Source: Nitrosopumilus sp.
Lineage (GTDB): Archaea > Thermoproteota > Nitrososphaeria > Nitrososphaerales > Nitrosopumilaceae
DNA length: 51,819 nucleotides
Assembly (NCBI GenBank): GCA_028279625.1
Contig: JANQNM010000020.1
Coordinates: 1 to 51,819 of the forward strand
Direction of reading: 5' to 3'
The position numbers were made by a program, and so were the translations under genes. The notes beneath the pieces were generated by a model that was not told the DNA's origin, did not search any database, and saw nothing but the letters and a program-made list of their open reading frames with translations. Positions 39,241 through 49,323 of this stretch are shown here, piece by piece. Position 1 is the stretch's first letter. Every line of letters begins with the position of its first letter.

Positions 39241-39432
39241 TTATTGTAATGGGTAATGAACATCGCAAAACAATACAATTCCATGAGGTAGTGTTTTTGC
39301 AGTAATTGAATGGCCATCGTGTAATCCTTTGCCACATACATAACACTCTACAGCAGATACTGTAGATTGCACATTTTTCTTTGAGAAAAAGTGCATGTTT
39401 TGGATGAGTGTTTTAGTTTGAACCTCCTGCAT
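39241..39432 (-). CDS. Small zinc-finger protein
   Basis: CYVCGK...FCDVH. Confidence 0.8.
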   Translation of the reverse strand: MQEVQTKTLIQNMHFFSKKNVQSTVSAVECYVCGKGLHDGHSITAKTLPHGIVLFCDVHYPLQ

Positions 39433-39588
39433 GATTCAAGTATACTACGATCCTGTATCTAATAAAGGTACCGTACCTGTACTGTATCATACCAATTAGG
39501 CTCAAAATTACCATATTCAGGCACAAAATCAATCACAAAAAAGAGGCCCATCACTTTAAATAATAAACGTCAAGAATTTTGTCTATGG

Positions 39589-40938
39589 GTGGACACCTTT
39601 GGAAACTCTCAACCGAAAGTAATACCCCTAGATTTATCTGAAAACCAATTTCAAATTTATAACAAGATTTCAAGAAATTATTCTCATTCATTTCTTTTTG
39701 AATCCCTTACTGGTCCTGAAGTATTAGCAGAGACATCAGTAATGGGTTTTGATCCAAAGACAATCATCAAGGGATATACAAACAAGGTGGAAATTATATC
39801 GAATGGGAAGACACAAACAATTCAAACAGACGATCCTTTTGTAGAATTAAAAAAACATTTGAAAAAATCTGATGACCAAAGTTACAGATATCTTGGAGGG
39901 GCAGTAGGTGTTGTTAATTATGATGCAATAAGGATGGTTGAAGAAATTCCAGACTCACACAATTCCCCACAACCACTAATGGAATTTGGAATTTATGACG
40001 ATGGAATACTGTATGACAATTTACATAAAAAATTGTTTTACTTTTATCATGATGAAAATAGATTTGAAAGGTTTAAGATTGGAAATGATGAGTTCAAAGA
40101 ATTCAAATCAAGTGATGTTACACCAAACATGAATGAAAAACAATTTTCAGAAGTTGTGAAGAAAGCAAAAGAGTACATACATGATGGAGATATTTTTCAA
40201 GTTGTACTATCAAGAAAATTTGCTTTTGATACAGATGGAGATAATCTAACTCTATACAAAACATTGAGAAATCTAAATCCATCACCATACATGTATCATC
40301 TAAAACAAGATACAAAAACAATCATAGGAGCATCCCCAGAAATGTTAGTTAGAATAACAAATGATAAAGTAGAAACTTTTCCAATTGCAGGAACAAGAAA
40401 GATTACAGATGATGAGCAGAAAAACAAACAGCTAGCAGATGAATTACTTCATGATGAAAAAGAACTTGCAGAACATACAATGCTTGTAGACCTTGGACGA
40501 AATGACATTGGCAGAGTTTGCAAGTATGGAACAGTCCATCCAGAATCATTAATGCAGATAAAGAGATTCAGTCATGTTCAGCACATTGTAACACATGTTG
40601 TAGGTAAATTGGCGCCCGAAAATGACATGTTTGATGCGTTTAAGGCAGTATTTCCTGCCGGGACAGTCTCAGGAGCACCAAAGGTCAGGGCAATGGAGAT
40701 TATAGATGAATTAGAACCAGAGGCAAGAGGACCATATGCAGGGGCAGTAGGATATTTTTCATTTAATGGATGTTGTGACTTTGCAATTGCAATTAGAAGT
40801 ATATTCATTGACGGAAAAAGAGGATTTGTTCAGTCTGGAGCAGGTATCGTTTCAGACTCTATTCCAGAAAACGAATTCAAAGAAACAGAACACAAAGCAG
40901 GAGCAATGCTACAAGCACTCAAGGAGGCCTCAAAATGA
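39589..40938 (+). CDS. trpE: Anthranilate synthase component I
   Basis: GDIFQVVLS, NPSPYM, SPEMLV, PIAGT, KELAEHTMLVDLGRND, PAGTVSGAPK. Confidence 0.97.
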   Translation: MDTFGNSQPKVIPLDLSENQFQIYNKISRNYSHSFLFESLTGPEVLAETSVMGFDPKTIIKGYTNKVEIISNGKTQTIQTDDPFVELKKHLKKSDDQSYRYLGGAVGVVNYDAIRMVEEIPDSHNSPQPLMEFGIYDDGILYDNLHKKLFYFYHDENRFERFKIGNDEFKEFKSSDVTPNMNEKQFSEVVKKAKEYIHDGDIFQVVLSRKFAFDTDGDNLTLYKTLRNLNPSPYMYHLKQDTKTIIGASPEMLVRITNDKVETFPIAGTRKITDDEQKNKQLADELLHDEKELAEHTMLVDLGRNDIGRVCKYGTVHPESLMQIKRFSHVQHIVTHVVGKLAPENDMFDAFKAVFPAGTVSGAPKVRAMEIIDELEPEARGPYAGAVGYFSFNGCCDFAIAIRSIFIDGKRGFVQSGAGIVSDSIPENEFKETEHKAGAMLQALKEASK

Positions 40939-41528
40939 AATTTTTGATTATTGACAATTATGATTCATTTGTTTACAATATTGCCCAATATTTGGGAGAG
41001 TTAGGAGTAGATAGTGATGTCATTAGAAATGACAAAATTACATTACAGCAAATCAAGAATAGCAATTATGATGCAATAATAATATCACCTGGGCCAGGAA
41101 CACCTGAAGATAGAAAATACTTTGGAGTGTGTTCTGATGTTATCAAAGATATGGGACCAACAACACCAATTCTCGGAGTTTGTCTAGGACATCAAGGAAT
41201 CATTGATGCGTTCGGAGGAAAGGTAACAAATGCAGGATGTGTCAGACATGGAAAGACTAGTCCAGTTGATCATACAAATTCAGAATTATTCAAAGATGTA
41301 AAGAATCCATTTAGAGCTACAAGGTATCATAGTTTAGTTGGAGACAAAACAATCATTCCAGATATTTTAGAAGTAACAGCTACTGCAGGAGATGATGGAG
41401 AAGTGATGGCAATAAGACATAAAGAATATCTTATTGAAGGTGTTCAGTTCCATCCAGAATCAATCATGACTGAAGATGGGAAAAAAATTCTATCAAACTT
41501 CATAGAACAGGTGAAAAATAAAAAATGA
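40935..41528 (+). CDS. trpG: Anthranilate synthase component II (glutamine amidotransferase)
   Basis: IDNYDSF, SPGPG, GVCLGHQ, RYHSL, QFHPES. Confidence 0.97.
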   Translation: MKFLIIDNYDSFVYNIAQYLGELGVDSDVIRNDKITLQQIKNSNYDAIIISPGPGTPEDRKYFGVCSDVIKDMGPTTPILGVCLGHQGIIDAFGGKVTNAGCVRHGKTSPVDHTNSELFKDVKNPFRATRYHSLVGDKTIIPDILEVTATAGDDGEVMAIRHKEYLIEGVQFHPESIMTEDGKKILSNFIEQVKNKK

Positions 41529-42571
41529 TTTCAAAATTAATATCAAAACTTGAACAAAAGACAGACCTGACATATGATCAGGTAAACAATGTGATGACAG
41601 ACATGTTATCAGGTAAAACAAATGACAAAGATAATGCGGATTTTTTGTCATTTTTGGCTGAAAAAGGAGAGACAGATGATGAGTTACTAGGAATGCTTGA
41701 CAAGATGCAGGAATTTTCCCTCAAAGTTGAGCCTAAAAACACAGGAACAGTGATAGACATGTGTGGGACTGGAGGCGACAAACTTCAAACGTTCAATGTG
41801 TCTACTACAGCATCATTTGTGGTTGCAGCAGCAGGAGGAGTTGTTGCAAAGCATGGAAATCGCTCAAGTTCAGGAGTTTCAGGCAGTGCAGATATTTTTG
41901 AATATTTTGGATATGACCTAAATGCAGAACCTTCTAAGATTTCTGAAATTCTAGAAAAACACAACATCTGCTTTATGTTTGCACAAAAATTTCACCCAGC
42001 AATGAAATATGTAGCAACAGCAAGAAAACAACTAGGAAAGAGAACAGCATTCAATTTGTTAGGACCACTATCGAATCCAGCAGGAGTCAAAAATCAGTTA
42101 GTAGGAGTATACTCTATTGAATTTCTTGATAGACTTCCACAGATACTAAAGAGAAAAGGTGCTGAAAATATCATGACAGTTCGTTCTGATGATGGAATGG
42201 ATGAGTTTTCAACAAGTGCAACAAATCGTGTATGCATTTTGAGAAATGATAAAGTGTTAATGAATGCAATTGATCCTGAGGTTGTAGGATTACACAAATC
42301 AAATCTAAAAGACATTCAAATCAAAACAAAAGAAGAAGCAATCAAATCATTTGTAGATGTATTAAATAACAATGCAAACCAAGCAATGATTGAAACAACT
42401 GCACTTAATGCTGCAGGAGGATTAATTGTTGCAAATATTTGTAAAAACTTTGAAGAAGCAGTAGAGATTGCATTAAACACAATCAAAGACGGGAAAGCAT
42501 TTTCATTATTAGAAAGATTTGTATCAGCTACAGGAGACATTTCAAAATTAAAGGAGATTTCAAATGGCTGA
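41525..42571 (+). CDS. trpD: Anthranilate phosphoribosyltransferase
   Basis: DMCGTGGD, FNVST, AKHGNRSSSGVSGSAD, FNLLGPL. Confidence 0.97.
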   Translation: MISKLISKLEQKTDLTYDQVNNVMTDMLSGKTNDKDNADFLSFLAEKGETDDELLGMLDKMQEFSLKVEPKNTGTVIDMCGTGGDKLQTFNVSTTASFVVAAAGGVVAKHGNRSSSGVSGSADIFEYFGYDLNAEPSKISEILEKHNICFMFAQKFHPAMKYVATARKQLGKRTAFNLLGPLSNPAGVKNQLVGVYSIEFLDRLPQILKRKGAENIMTVRSDDGMDEFSTSATNRVCILRNDKVLMNAIDPEVVGLHKSNLKDIQIKTKEEAIKSFVDVLNNNANQAMIETTALNAAGGLIVANICKNFEEAVEIALNTIKDGKAFSLLERFVSATGDISKLKEISNG

Positions 42572-43340
42572 AAATATTTTACGCAAGCTTGTAAACAATT
42601 CACAAGTAGCAATTGATGATGGAGTATATGATATAGAAACAGAACTTCAAAAATCAAACAAAGATTTTACCCAAATCATAAAGACCAATCCTCACGCTAC
42701 ACTTCTAACAGAAGTAAAATTTGCATCACCATCATTGGGCAAAATTAGGACATTGACTGATCCAGTTAGTATTGCAAACCAGATGATTGCAGGAGGCTCA
42801 AGAGCCTTATCAGTTCTAACTCAGCCTCATCTGTTTAATGGATCTCCAGAATATTTCATAAAAGTAAGACAAGCAGTGGATGTACCATTATTGATGAAAG
42901 ATATCATGATAGATAAAATTCAGATTGATGCTGCAAAGAAGATTGGAGCAGACTATATGCTAGTGATTCAATCTCTTTTTGATCAGAAATTTCTCAAAGA
43001 AATTGATGAATTTATTGATTATGGACATAAGCAAGGATTAGAGATACTCTTGGAAGTACATACAAAACAAGAGTTTGAAAACGCATTAAAGACAGAAGCA
43101 GATCTAATTGGAATTAACAACAGAAATCTCGATACTTTAGAAATTGATCTTAAAACTACGGAAGACGTACTCAAAGGATATGAAAAGAATCGACCCATTT
43201 TATCAGAAAGTGGCATTGAAACACCTGAGGACATTCAGTATCTAAGAAAATGTGGTGCAGATGCTTTCTTAATAGGGTCAAGTATAATGAAAAGCGATAA
43301 TATCGAAGAACATGTTAGAAGGTTGGTGAATGCATATTGA
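42564..43340 (+). CDS. trpC: Indole-3-glycerol phosphate synthase
   Basis: [29 protein letters not shown]. Confidence 0.96.
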   Translation: MAENILRKLVNNSQVAIDDGVYDIETELQKSNKDFTQIIKTNPHATLLTEVKFASPSLGKIRTLTDPVSIANQMIAGGSRALSVLTQPHLFNGSPEYFIKVRQAVDVPLLMKDIMIDKIQIDAAKKIGADYMLVIQSLFDQKFLKEIDEFIDYGHKQGLEILLEVHTKQEFENALKTEADLIGINNRNLDTLEIDLKTTEDVLKGYEKNRPILSESGIETPEDIQYLRKCGADAFLIGSSIMKSDNIEEHVRRLVNAY

Positions 43341-44527
43341 GATATCCTAAAGACGGAAGATTTGGAGAGTTTGGTGGAAAGTACATTCCAGAAACATTGG
43401 TTCCAGCAATTGAAGAACTTGAAGAAAATTATTTGAAATTCAAAAATGATAAAAATTTCAAAAAAGAACTGGATTATTATCTAAAACAATATGCAGGAAG
43501 ACCGACGCCTCTTTATTACGCAAAAAATTTGTCTGAAAAAATAGGAGGTGCAAAAATCTATCTAAAACGTGAAGATCTTCTTCATGGAGGTGCTCACAAA
43601 ATTAACAATACATTAGGCCAAGCACTTCTTGCAAAAAAAATGAATAAGAAGAGAATCATTGCAGAGACAGGTGCAGGTCAACATGGTGTGGCCACTGCAA
43701 TGGCATGTGCTGCTTTAGGAATGAAAGCAGAAGTGTACATGGGTTACAAAGATACCATTAGACAAAAACTCAATGTGTTTAGAATGAATATGTTGGGCTC
43801 TAAAGTACATCCAGTAAAATCAGGCTCTAAAACTCTCAAAGATGCAATCAATGAAGCAATTAGAGATTGGATTACAAATGTCGAAACAACATACTACTTA
43901 CTTGGTTCAGCAGTAGGACCACATCCATATCCTGTAATGGTAAGAGATTTTCAAAGTGTTATAGGCGAAGAAATCAAATTACAGATGAAAAAAATCAATA
44001 ACAAAACTCCAGATAGTGTTATTGCCTGTGTTGGAGGAGGATCAAATGCAATTGGAACATTTTATCCTCTGGTTGATACTAATGCAGAAATCATAGGAGT
44101 AGAAGCCGCAGGTCATGGACTAAAATCAAAATTACATTCTGCTACATTGTCAGCTGGAAGTAAAGGAGTACTACATGGAATGATGACCTATTTACTTCAA
44201 GACGATGAAGGACAAATTACTGAAACACATAGTATTTCAGCAGGATTAGACTATCCAGGTGTTGGTCCTGAGCATTCATATCTAAAAGATACAAAGAGAG
44301 TAAAATATCATTCAGCAACAGATAACGAAGTAATTGATGCATTTTTACTTTTGACAAGAACAGAAGGAATAATTCCTGCTTTAGAGTCTGCACATGCAAT
44401 TGCAGAAGCTGTTAAAGTTGCAAGAAAAGGTAAAAAATCTGAATCAATTGTTGTTACACTTTCAGGAAGAGGGGACAAAGACGTTGAAGAAGTGCAAAAA
44501 TATTTGAATAAAAATGTCAAGGATTAA
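43337..44527 (+). CDS. trpB: Tryptophan synthase beta chain
   Basis: [41 protein letters not shown]. Confidence 0.98.
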   Translation: MRYPKDGRFGEFGGKYIPETLVPAIEELEENYLKFKNDKNFKKELDYYLKQYAGRPTPLYYAKNLSEKIGGAKIYLKREDLLHGGAHKINNTLGQALLAKKMNKKRIIAETGAGQHGVATAMACAALGMKAEVYMGYKDTIRQKLNVFRMNMLGSKVHPVKSGSKTLKDAINEAIRDWITNVETTYYLLGSAVGPHPYPVMVRDFQSVIGEEIKLQMKKINNKTPDSVIACVGGGSNAIGTFYPLVDTNAEIIGVEAAGHGLKSKLHSATLSAGSKGVLHGMMTYLLQDDEGQITETHSISAGLDYPGVGPEHSYLKDTKRVKYHSATDNEVIDAFLLLTRTEGIIPALESAHAIAEAVKVARKGKKSESIVVTLSGRGDKDVEEVQKYLNKNVKD

Positions 44528-45314
44528 AGAAAAATTTTCAGAATTGGAGGCAAAAAACCAGAAAGCCTTGATAGCATATGTAATGGCAGGATTTCCAAAT
44601 GAGAAAACAACATTATCAACTGTAAGAGGGCTGATTAAAGGCGGAGTTGATATCATAGAGCTTGGATTTCCATTCTCAGATCCATTAGCAGATGGCCCTG
44701 TGATTCAAAATGCCAGCACAGTTTCACTTGAAAAAGGAACAAAAATAAAAAAATTCTTTTCACTAGTACAAAAAATCAGAAAAGAAACAGACATTCCTCT
44801 TGTTCTAATGACATATACCAATATTTTGTACAAAAAAGGATATCCTAAATTTATCAAAGAAGCAAAAAAAGTTGGAATTGATGGATTCATTCTTCCAGAC
44901 ATGTCAGTAGAAGAATCAAAGGAATATCTCTCTGCAGCAAAAAATAATTCAGACACCATATTTTTGATATCACCTAATACAAGTAAAACACGAATTGCAA
45001 AAATTGCCAAAGCTACGTCAGGATTTTTGTATCTAGTTGCAGTGTATGGAACAACAGGAGTAAAAACTGGAATAAAAAATTACACATTAAAAGCAATCAA
45101 AGATGTAAAAAAACTAACAAAGGGAAAGATTCCCGTAGGAGTGGGATTTGGAGTTTCTACTCCAGAAGATGTTAAAAAATACATCAAAGTTGGTGCAGAT
45201 GCAGTCATTGTAGGAAGTGCATTTTTGAAATTAATTGAAAATACACCACAAGCAAAATTAGAATCAAAGATTGCAATGTTTACAAAAAGCCTCAAAAAAC
45301 AAACAATTCTTTAA
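44514..45314 (+). CDS. trpA: Tryptophan synthase alpha chain
   Basis: [33 protein letters not shown]. Confidence 0.97.
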   Translation: MSRIKEKFSELEAKNQKALIAYVMAGFPNEKTTLSTVRGLIKGGVDIIELGFPFSDPLADGPVIQNASTVSLEKGTKIKKFFSLVQKIRKETDIPLVLMTYTNILYKKGYPKFIKEAKKVGIDGFILPDMSVEESKEYLSAAKNNSDTIFLISPNTSKTRIAKIAKATSGFLYLVAVYGTTGVKTGIKNYTLKAIKDVKKLTKGKIPVGVGFGVSTPEDVKKYIKVGADAVIVGSAFLKLIENTPQAKLESKIAMFTKSLKKQTIL

Positions 45315-45329
45315 AATCAAACCGTCAAA

Positions 45330-45393
45330 GGATGGCAGTCAAGTATTCAAACTGCATGGAGGGGAATCTCTATTTCAGTTATGACTGCCATTC
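45330..45393. repeat. Intergenic inverted repeat B downstream of trpA
   Basis: atggcagtca 45332-45341 / tgactgccat 45382-45391, plus inner aactg/cagtt and atggag/ctctat pairings. Confidence 0.8.
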
Positions 45394-45502
45394 TAGAGGT
45401 TCTCATACAATAATACACAAAGAAAAATAAAAAAACCACGTAAGAATTTTCTAAAAATTGTTTAGAAAAATAAAGAATAATTTACAATTGTAAAGATCGG
45501 AG

Positions 45503-46342
45503 TTATCTAATTAATGAGAGTTTAGAGCGAATCAAGAACAGAGAAGAAAAAATTCCAATTCCTAAAATACTCATAGCTAAAAATCCAAATTCAGGTATTA
45601 CATTAGAACCCATTATTTTGATTTCTCTTGAAGTGTTATCAAGAGGGATAACTAGTTGAGTTGCAGTATTGTCACTAATTGTAGAATCAGATTCAAACTC
45701 TACCATATTTCCATCAACCCATACAGTTGTAGGATTATCAATTAGTTCCCTAGGCAAAGTTATGGTAAGATGTTCATTGTTACTTTCTCCTGTCAATGTA
45801 AATGTCAGAGTTTTTTCATCAGGGTTTACATGTACTGCACTAGCCAAATAGGCATCTAGAAAGTATTTTACTTCAAATCCCAATCCATCATCAGTATAGC
45901 CAGATGCAACTCCATCAATAGATTTTACACTTCCAGGATCTAACACTACATGAACAACACCATTCATCCAAGGATGAAGTGTACAATAATAGTAAAAATC
46001 ACCAAGGTCATCAAACTGATGAGTAAAAGATTTTCCTGCAGTGAAGAATCCACTATCAAAAAGTCCATTCTCATCATCAGGTGTAGGTGTTCTTTCTCCT
46101 GTCGGGTTGATTGAAGTTATAGTATGAAATGCAGTATCAGCATTAGACCAAGTCACAGTATCTCCTTGGAAGACAGTGATTATACCAGATGTCTCACCTG
46201 TGTCTTTTTGAGACCAAAAGTAAGGAAAGTTTTCATCAGATGCACCTGAAGGAATTTTAATTTCATAGTTTTCAGCAAAGGCTAAACCTGAACCGACCAT
46301 CAATATTGCTAATACAGGTAAAACAGCAAGTGCAAATTTCAT
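45503..46342 (-). CDS. Plastocyanin/azurin-family blue copper protein with PEFG-CTERM sorting signal
   Basis: Signal peptide; type-1 Cu ligands FHT...YCTLHPWM; C-terminal VIPEFG, TM helix and basic residues. Confidence 0.92.
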   Translation of the reverse strand: MKFALAVLPVLAILMVGSGLAFAENYEIKIPSGASDENFPYFWSQKDTGETSGIITVFQGDTVTWSNADTAFHTITSINPTGERTPTPDDENGLFDSGFFTAGKSFTHQFDDLGDFYYYCTLHPWMNGVVHVVLDPGSVKSIDGVASGYTDDGLGFEVKYFLDAYLASAVHVNPDEKTLTFTLTGESNNEHLTITLPRELIDNPTTVWVDGNMVEFESDSTISDNTATQLVIPLDNTSREIKIMGSNVIPEFGFLAMSILGIGIFSSLFLIRSKLSLIR

Positions 46343-46423
46343 AATTATACAAACTGTTAAGCACTATTTCAATCAAGCCATGATCGACAAAACATACAAA
46401 AACCAGATGTTCGTTTCATTAAT

Positions 46424-48025
46424 GTGCAGACGAAGTTTATTTTTGTCACAGGTGGTGTCATGTCTGGCCTTGGAAAAGGCGTAACAACCTCATCAATAGC
46501 AAAACTGTTACAATTAGCAGATCAAAAAGTTTCTTGCATAAAGATTGATCCGTATCTAAATTATGATGCAGGAACAATGAACCCAGTAGCACATGGCGAA
46601 GTCTTCGTTACAGAAGATGGGGGAGAATGCGATATGGATATAGGAAATTATGAGAGATTTCTAAATCAGGACATTCCAAAAAGCCACAACATTACTACTG
46701 CTCAAGTATATTCTTCAGTAATTGAAGCTGAAAGAAAAGGAGAATATTTGGGAGCATGTGTTCAGATTATCCCACATGTAACAGATGAGATTAAAAACAG
46801 AATTAGATTGATTGCTGAAGAAGAGAAATTAGATTTTCTTATTGTTGAATGTGGAGGCACAGTAGGAGATATCGAATCACTTCCTTTCTTGGAGGCATTA
46901 AGGCAGATGAGAGTAGAAGAAGGGCCACAAGGAGTAATCTTTGTTCATGTAACTCTTGCACCTTCATTAGACGTAGTAGGAGAACAAAAAACCAAACCGA
47001 CTCAGCATAGTGTTCAAGAACTCAGAAGAATTGGTATTCAGCCTGACTTTTTAGCAGTTAGATGTACCCTGCCATTAGAAGAAAAAACAAAGAAGAAAAT
47101 TGCAATGTTTACAAATGTGACAACTAGTGATGTTTTGTCATGCCATGATGCAAAATCAATTTTTGAAGTTCCACAGATGCTTTATGATCAAGGAATAATG
47201 GATTTTATTTTTACAAAATTCGGTAAAGTAGGAATGGTAAATGCATCTGCAAATTGGGACAAGTGGAATGAAATTGCACAGAATATGACAAACCATGAAG
47301 ATCAAAAAGTAAAGATTGCAATGGTTGGAAAGTATGTCACGCTTGCAGACAGTTATGTCAGTGTTAATCATGCATTAAAACATGCAGGAGCACAAATAGG
47401 AAAATCAGTTGAAATTGATTGGATAGATTCAGAGTCAATTACAGATTACAATAGTCTATCCAAATATGATGGAATTTTAGTCCCTGGAGGTTTTGGTACT
47501 AGAGGTTCAGAAGGAATTATTCAAACAGCTAACTATGCTAGAGAAAACAACATACCATATCTTGGCATATGTTTTGGATTCCAATTAGCTGCAATAGCAT
47601 TTGGAAGAAATGTTTTGAATTTAGAAGATGCAAATTCTACAGAAATAAAAAAAGACACAAAAAATCCTGTTGTTGATCTATTACCTGAACAAAAAGAAAT
47701 TTCAGACATGGGAGGATCTTTACGTCTTGGTGCAAACGACATCAAAGTGAAACCAGATACAATGGCACATAAAATTTACAATTCAGATACAATTTCAAAG
47801 AGACATAGACACAGATATGAGATTAATCAGGAATACATTTCTGAATTTGAAAAAAATGGAATGGTATTTTCAGCTGAAAGTGATAGTGGAAAGAGAATGG
47901 AGATGTTAGAAATTTCAAATCACAAATTCTATCTGGGAGTACAATTCCATCCAGAATTCAACAGTAGGCCAGGATTTCCTGAAAAAGCATTTGAGGCATT
48001 TGTAAAAGCTGCTTCAAAAAAATAA
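46424..48025 (+). CDS. pyrG: CTP synthase
   Basis: TGGVMSGLGKG, KIDPYLN, KTKPTQ, GICFG, RHRHRYE, QFHPEF. Confidence 0.98.
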   Translation: MQTKFIFVTGGVMSGLGKGVTTSSIAKLLQLADQKVSCIKIDPYLNYDAGTMNPVAHGEVFVTEDGGECDMDIGNYERFLNQDIPKSHNITTAQVYSSVIEAERKGEYLGACVQIIPHVTDEIKNRIRLIAEEEKLDFLIVECGGTVGDIESLPFLEALRQMRVEEGPQGVIFVHVTLAPSLDVVGEQKTKPTQHSVQELRRIGIQPDFLAVRCTLPLEEKTKKKIAMFTNVTTSDVLSCHDAKSIFEVPQMLYDQGIMDFIFTKFGKVGMVNASANWDKWNEIAQNMTNHEDQKVKIAMVGKYVTLADSYVSVNHALKHAGAQIGKSVEIDWIDSESITDYNSLSKYDGILVPGGFGTRGSEGIIQTANYARENNIPYLGICFGFQLAAIAFGRNVLNLEDANSTEIKKDTKNPVVDLLPEQKEISDMGGSLRLGANDIKVKPDTMAHKIYNSDTISKRHRHRYEINQEYISEFEKNGMVFSAESDSGKRMEMLEISNHKFYLGVQFHPEFNSRPGFPEKAFEAFVKAASKK

Positions 48026-48131
48026 ATTCAAAGCTTCAACAGACATAGAAGAGATTATGAATTTCCCAAAGTTGGGAAAACAAATGAGGAATAAAACTAT
48101 TATTTAATGAGAAGTGAAGCAAAGTGAAAAA

Positions 48132-48284
48132 TTGCCAAGATGTAAAATATGTGGAAAAGATTTTGAAAACGGCTTCAAAGGTTTTTGTTCACAAACATGT
48201 TATGAAGTAGATCTTAAAAATAGAATTATTGATGCAACTAAAAATGATCCATCACATACACAAAAAATTTCTAAAGACTGTTAG
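48132..48284 (+). CDS. Unannotated 50-aa treble-clef (TRASH-like) zinc protein
   Basis: MPRCKICGKDF......FCSQTC; TTG start about 25 nt after ttatttaa; tail ATKNDPSHTQKISK. Confidence 0.8.
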   Translation: MPRCKICGKDFENGFKGFCSQTCYEVDLKNRIIDATKNDPSHTQKISKDC

Positions 48285-49283
48285 CTACTCAATTTTTGAA
48301 ATTTCATAAATTTTCTGTCTTGCATCTCGGATTGAAACTTTCTTTTTCACGTAGCCTTTTTTCAAAAGATGACTCAAGGCCAATCTTACCGTTCTATCTG
48401 GAAGTAATGTCTTGTTTGCAAGATCTTTTTGGGTTAATGCACCCTCATATTCCAAGGTTTTTAGCAATAATTTTGAGCTGGGAGGCATGCTAAGTAACTC
48501 TTCAGCAAGATGAACTTTTTTAGCAAGAGCAGAAATTGCAGTAGAATCTTTTTTCAAACGAATGATTTTTGCAGGAGGGAAAAATTGAGTACACTCTACA
48601 GTTTTGTTAACTTTGTATCTGTCTAAACCATCAAGTACAACTTCACAATGTAATCGTGCAGAAATGTCATCGATTTCAATTGAACTGTCATTTGATACAA
48701 TGATAGGCCTTCTTGTTACATCAAGGGAGTTTACTGAAATTATTTCAAATACAGCAGAATCCTGAAACAGGACAGGTCCGCCAGCAGACATTGAATATGC
48801 TGATGATCCTATAGGGGTAGAAACAATAATTCCATCACTGTTGTCGTGCCAAACTTCTTCTCCGTTGACTCTGAGTGTATGTTCCATCAGCATAGCACTC
48901 TTTGATGAAAAAACTGCTACATCATTTAATACAGGATAAACGTTTTTTCCATCAATCTTAACTCCAAGTCTAGGAACTTCTTCAATCTTGTAATTTTGTT
49001 TTTTTAGTTTATTGACATATGATGAAAATTCTCTAAGCTCAATTTGAGCCAAAAAGCCACTAGCCTCACCCTCACTAATTCCTAAAACGGGGGATGTAGA
49101 ATCAAAAGTTCGATGAAAATAATTTCGTACTCCTTTATCGCCACCTAAAACAATAATACAATCTGCTTGTTTTATCTTTGATTTTGTAATTGTAAAAGAT
49201 TTGATGTCATTTTCATCAAGAATTTTTTTAATTGTCTTTGCAGCACTTTCTGCTGTTCCTGAACCATAAATGCCTATTTGCAC
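48285..49283 (-). CDS. NAD-kinase-like domain fused to a C-terminal winged HTH
   Basis: LGGDKG, GFLA, LNDV, DGIIVSTPIGSSAYSMSAGGP; C-terminal LTQKDLANKTLLPDRTVRLALSHL. Confidence 0.88.
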   Translation of the reverse strand: MQIGIYGSGTAESAAKTIKKILDENDIKSFTITKSKIKQADCIIVLGGDKGVRNYFHRTFDSTSPVLGISEGEASGFLAQIELREFSSYVNKLKKQNYKIEEVPRLGVKIDGKNVYPVLNDVAVFSSKSAMLMEHTLRVNGEEVWHDNSDGIIVSTPIGSSAYSMSAGGPVLFQDSAVFEIISVNSLDVTRRPIIVSNDSSIEIDDISARLHCEVVLDGLDRYKVNKTVECTQFFPPAKIIRLKKDSTAISALAKKVHLAEELLSMPPSSKLLLKTLEYEGALTQKDLANKTLLPDRTVRLALSHLLKKGYVKKKVSIRDARQKIYEISKIE

Positions 49284-49323
49284 AGATGAAACAATCTATT
49301 CAGTAGAATAAAAGAATAATGCA

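Noticed and set aside
30400-39500. Provirus or genomic island
   Set aside because: No integrase, capsid, tRNA att site or obvious compositional shift; it appears to be a native small-gene region.
46291-46300. ccgaccat word resembling hairpins A and C
   Set aside because: Lies in the cupredoxin signal peptide coding sequence (Met-Val-Gly); explained by coding.
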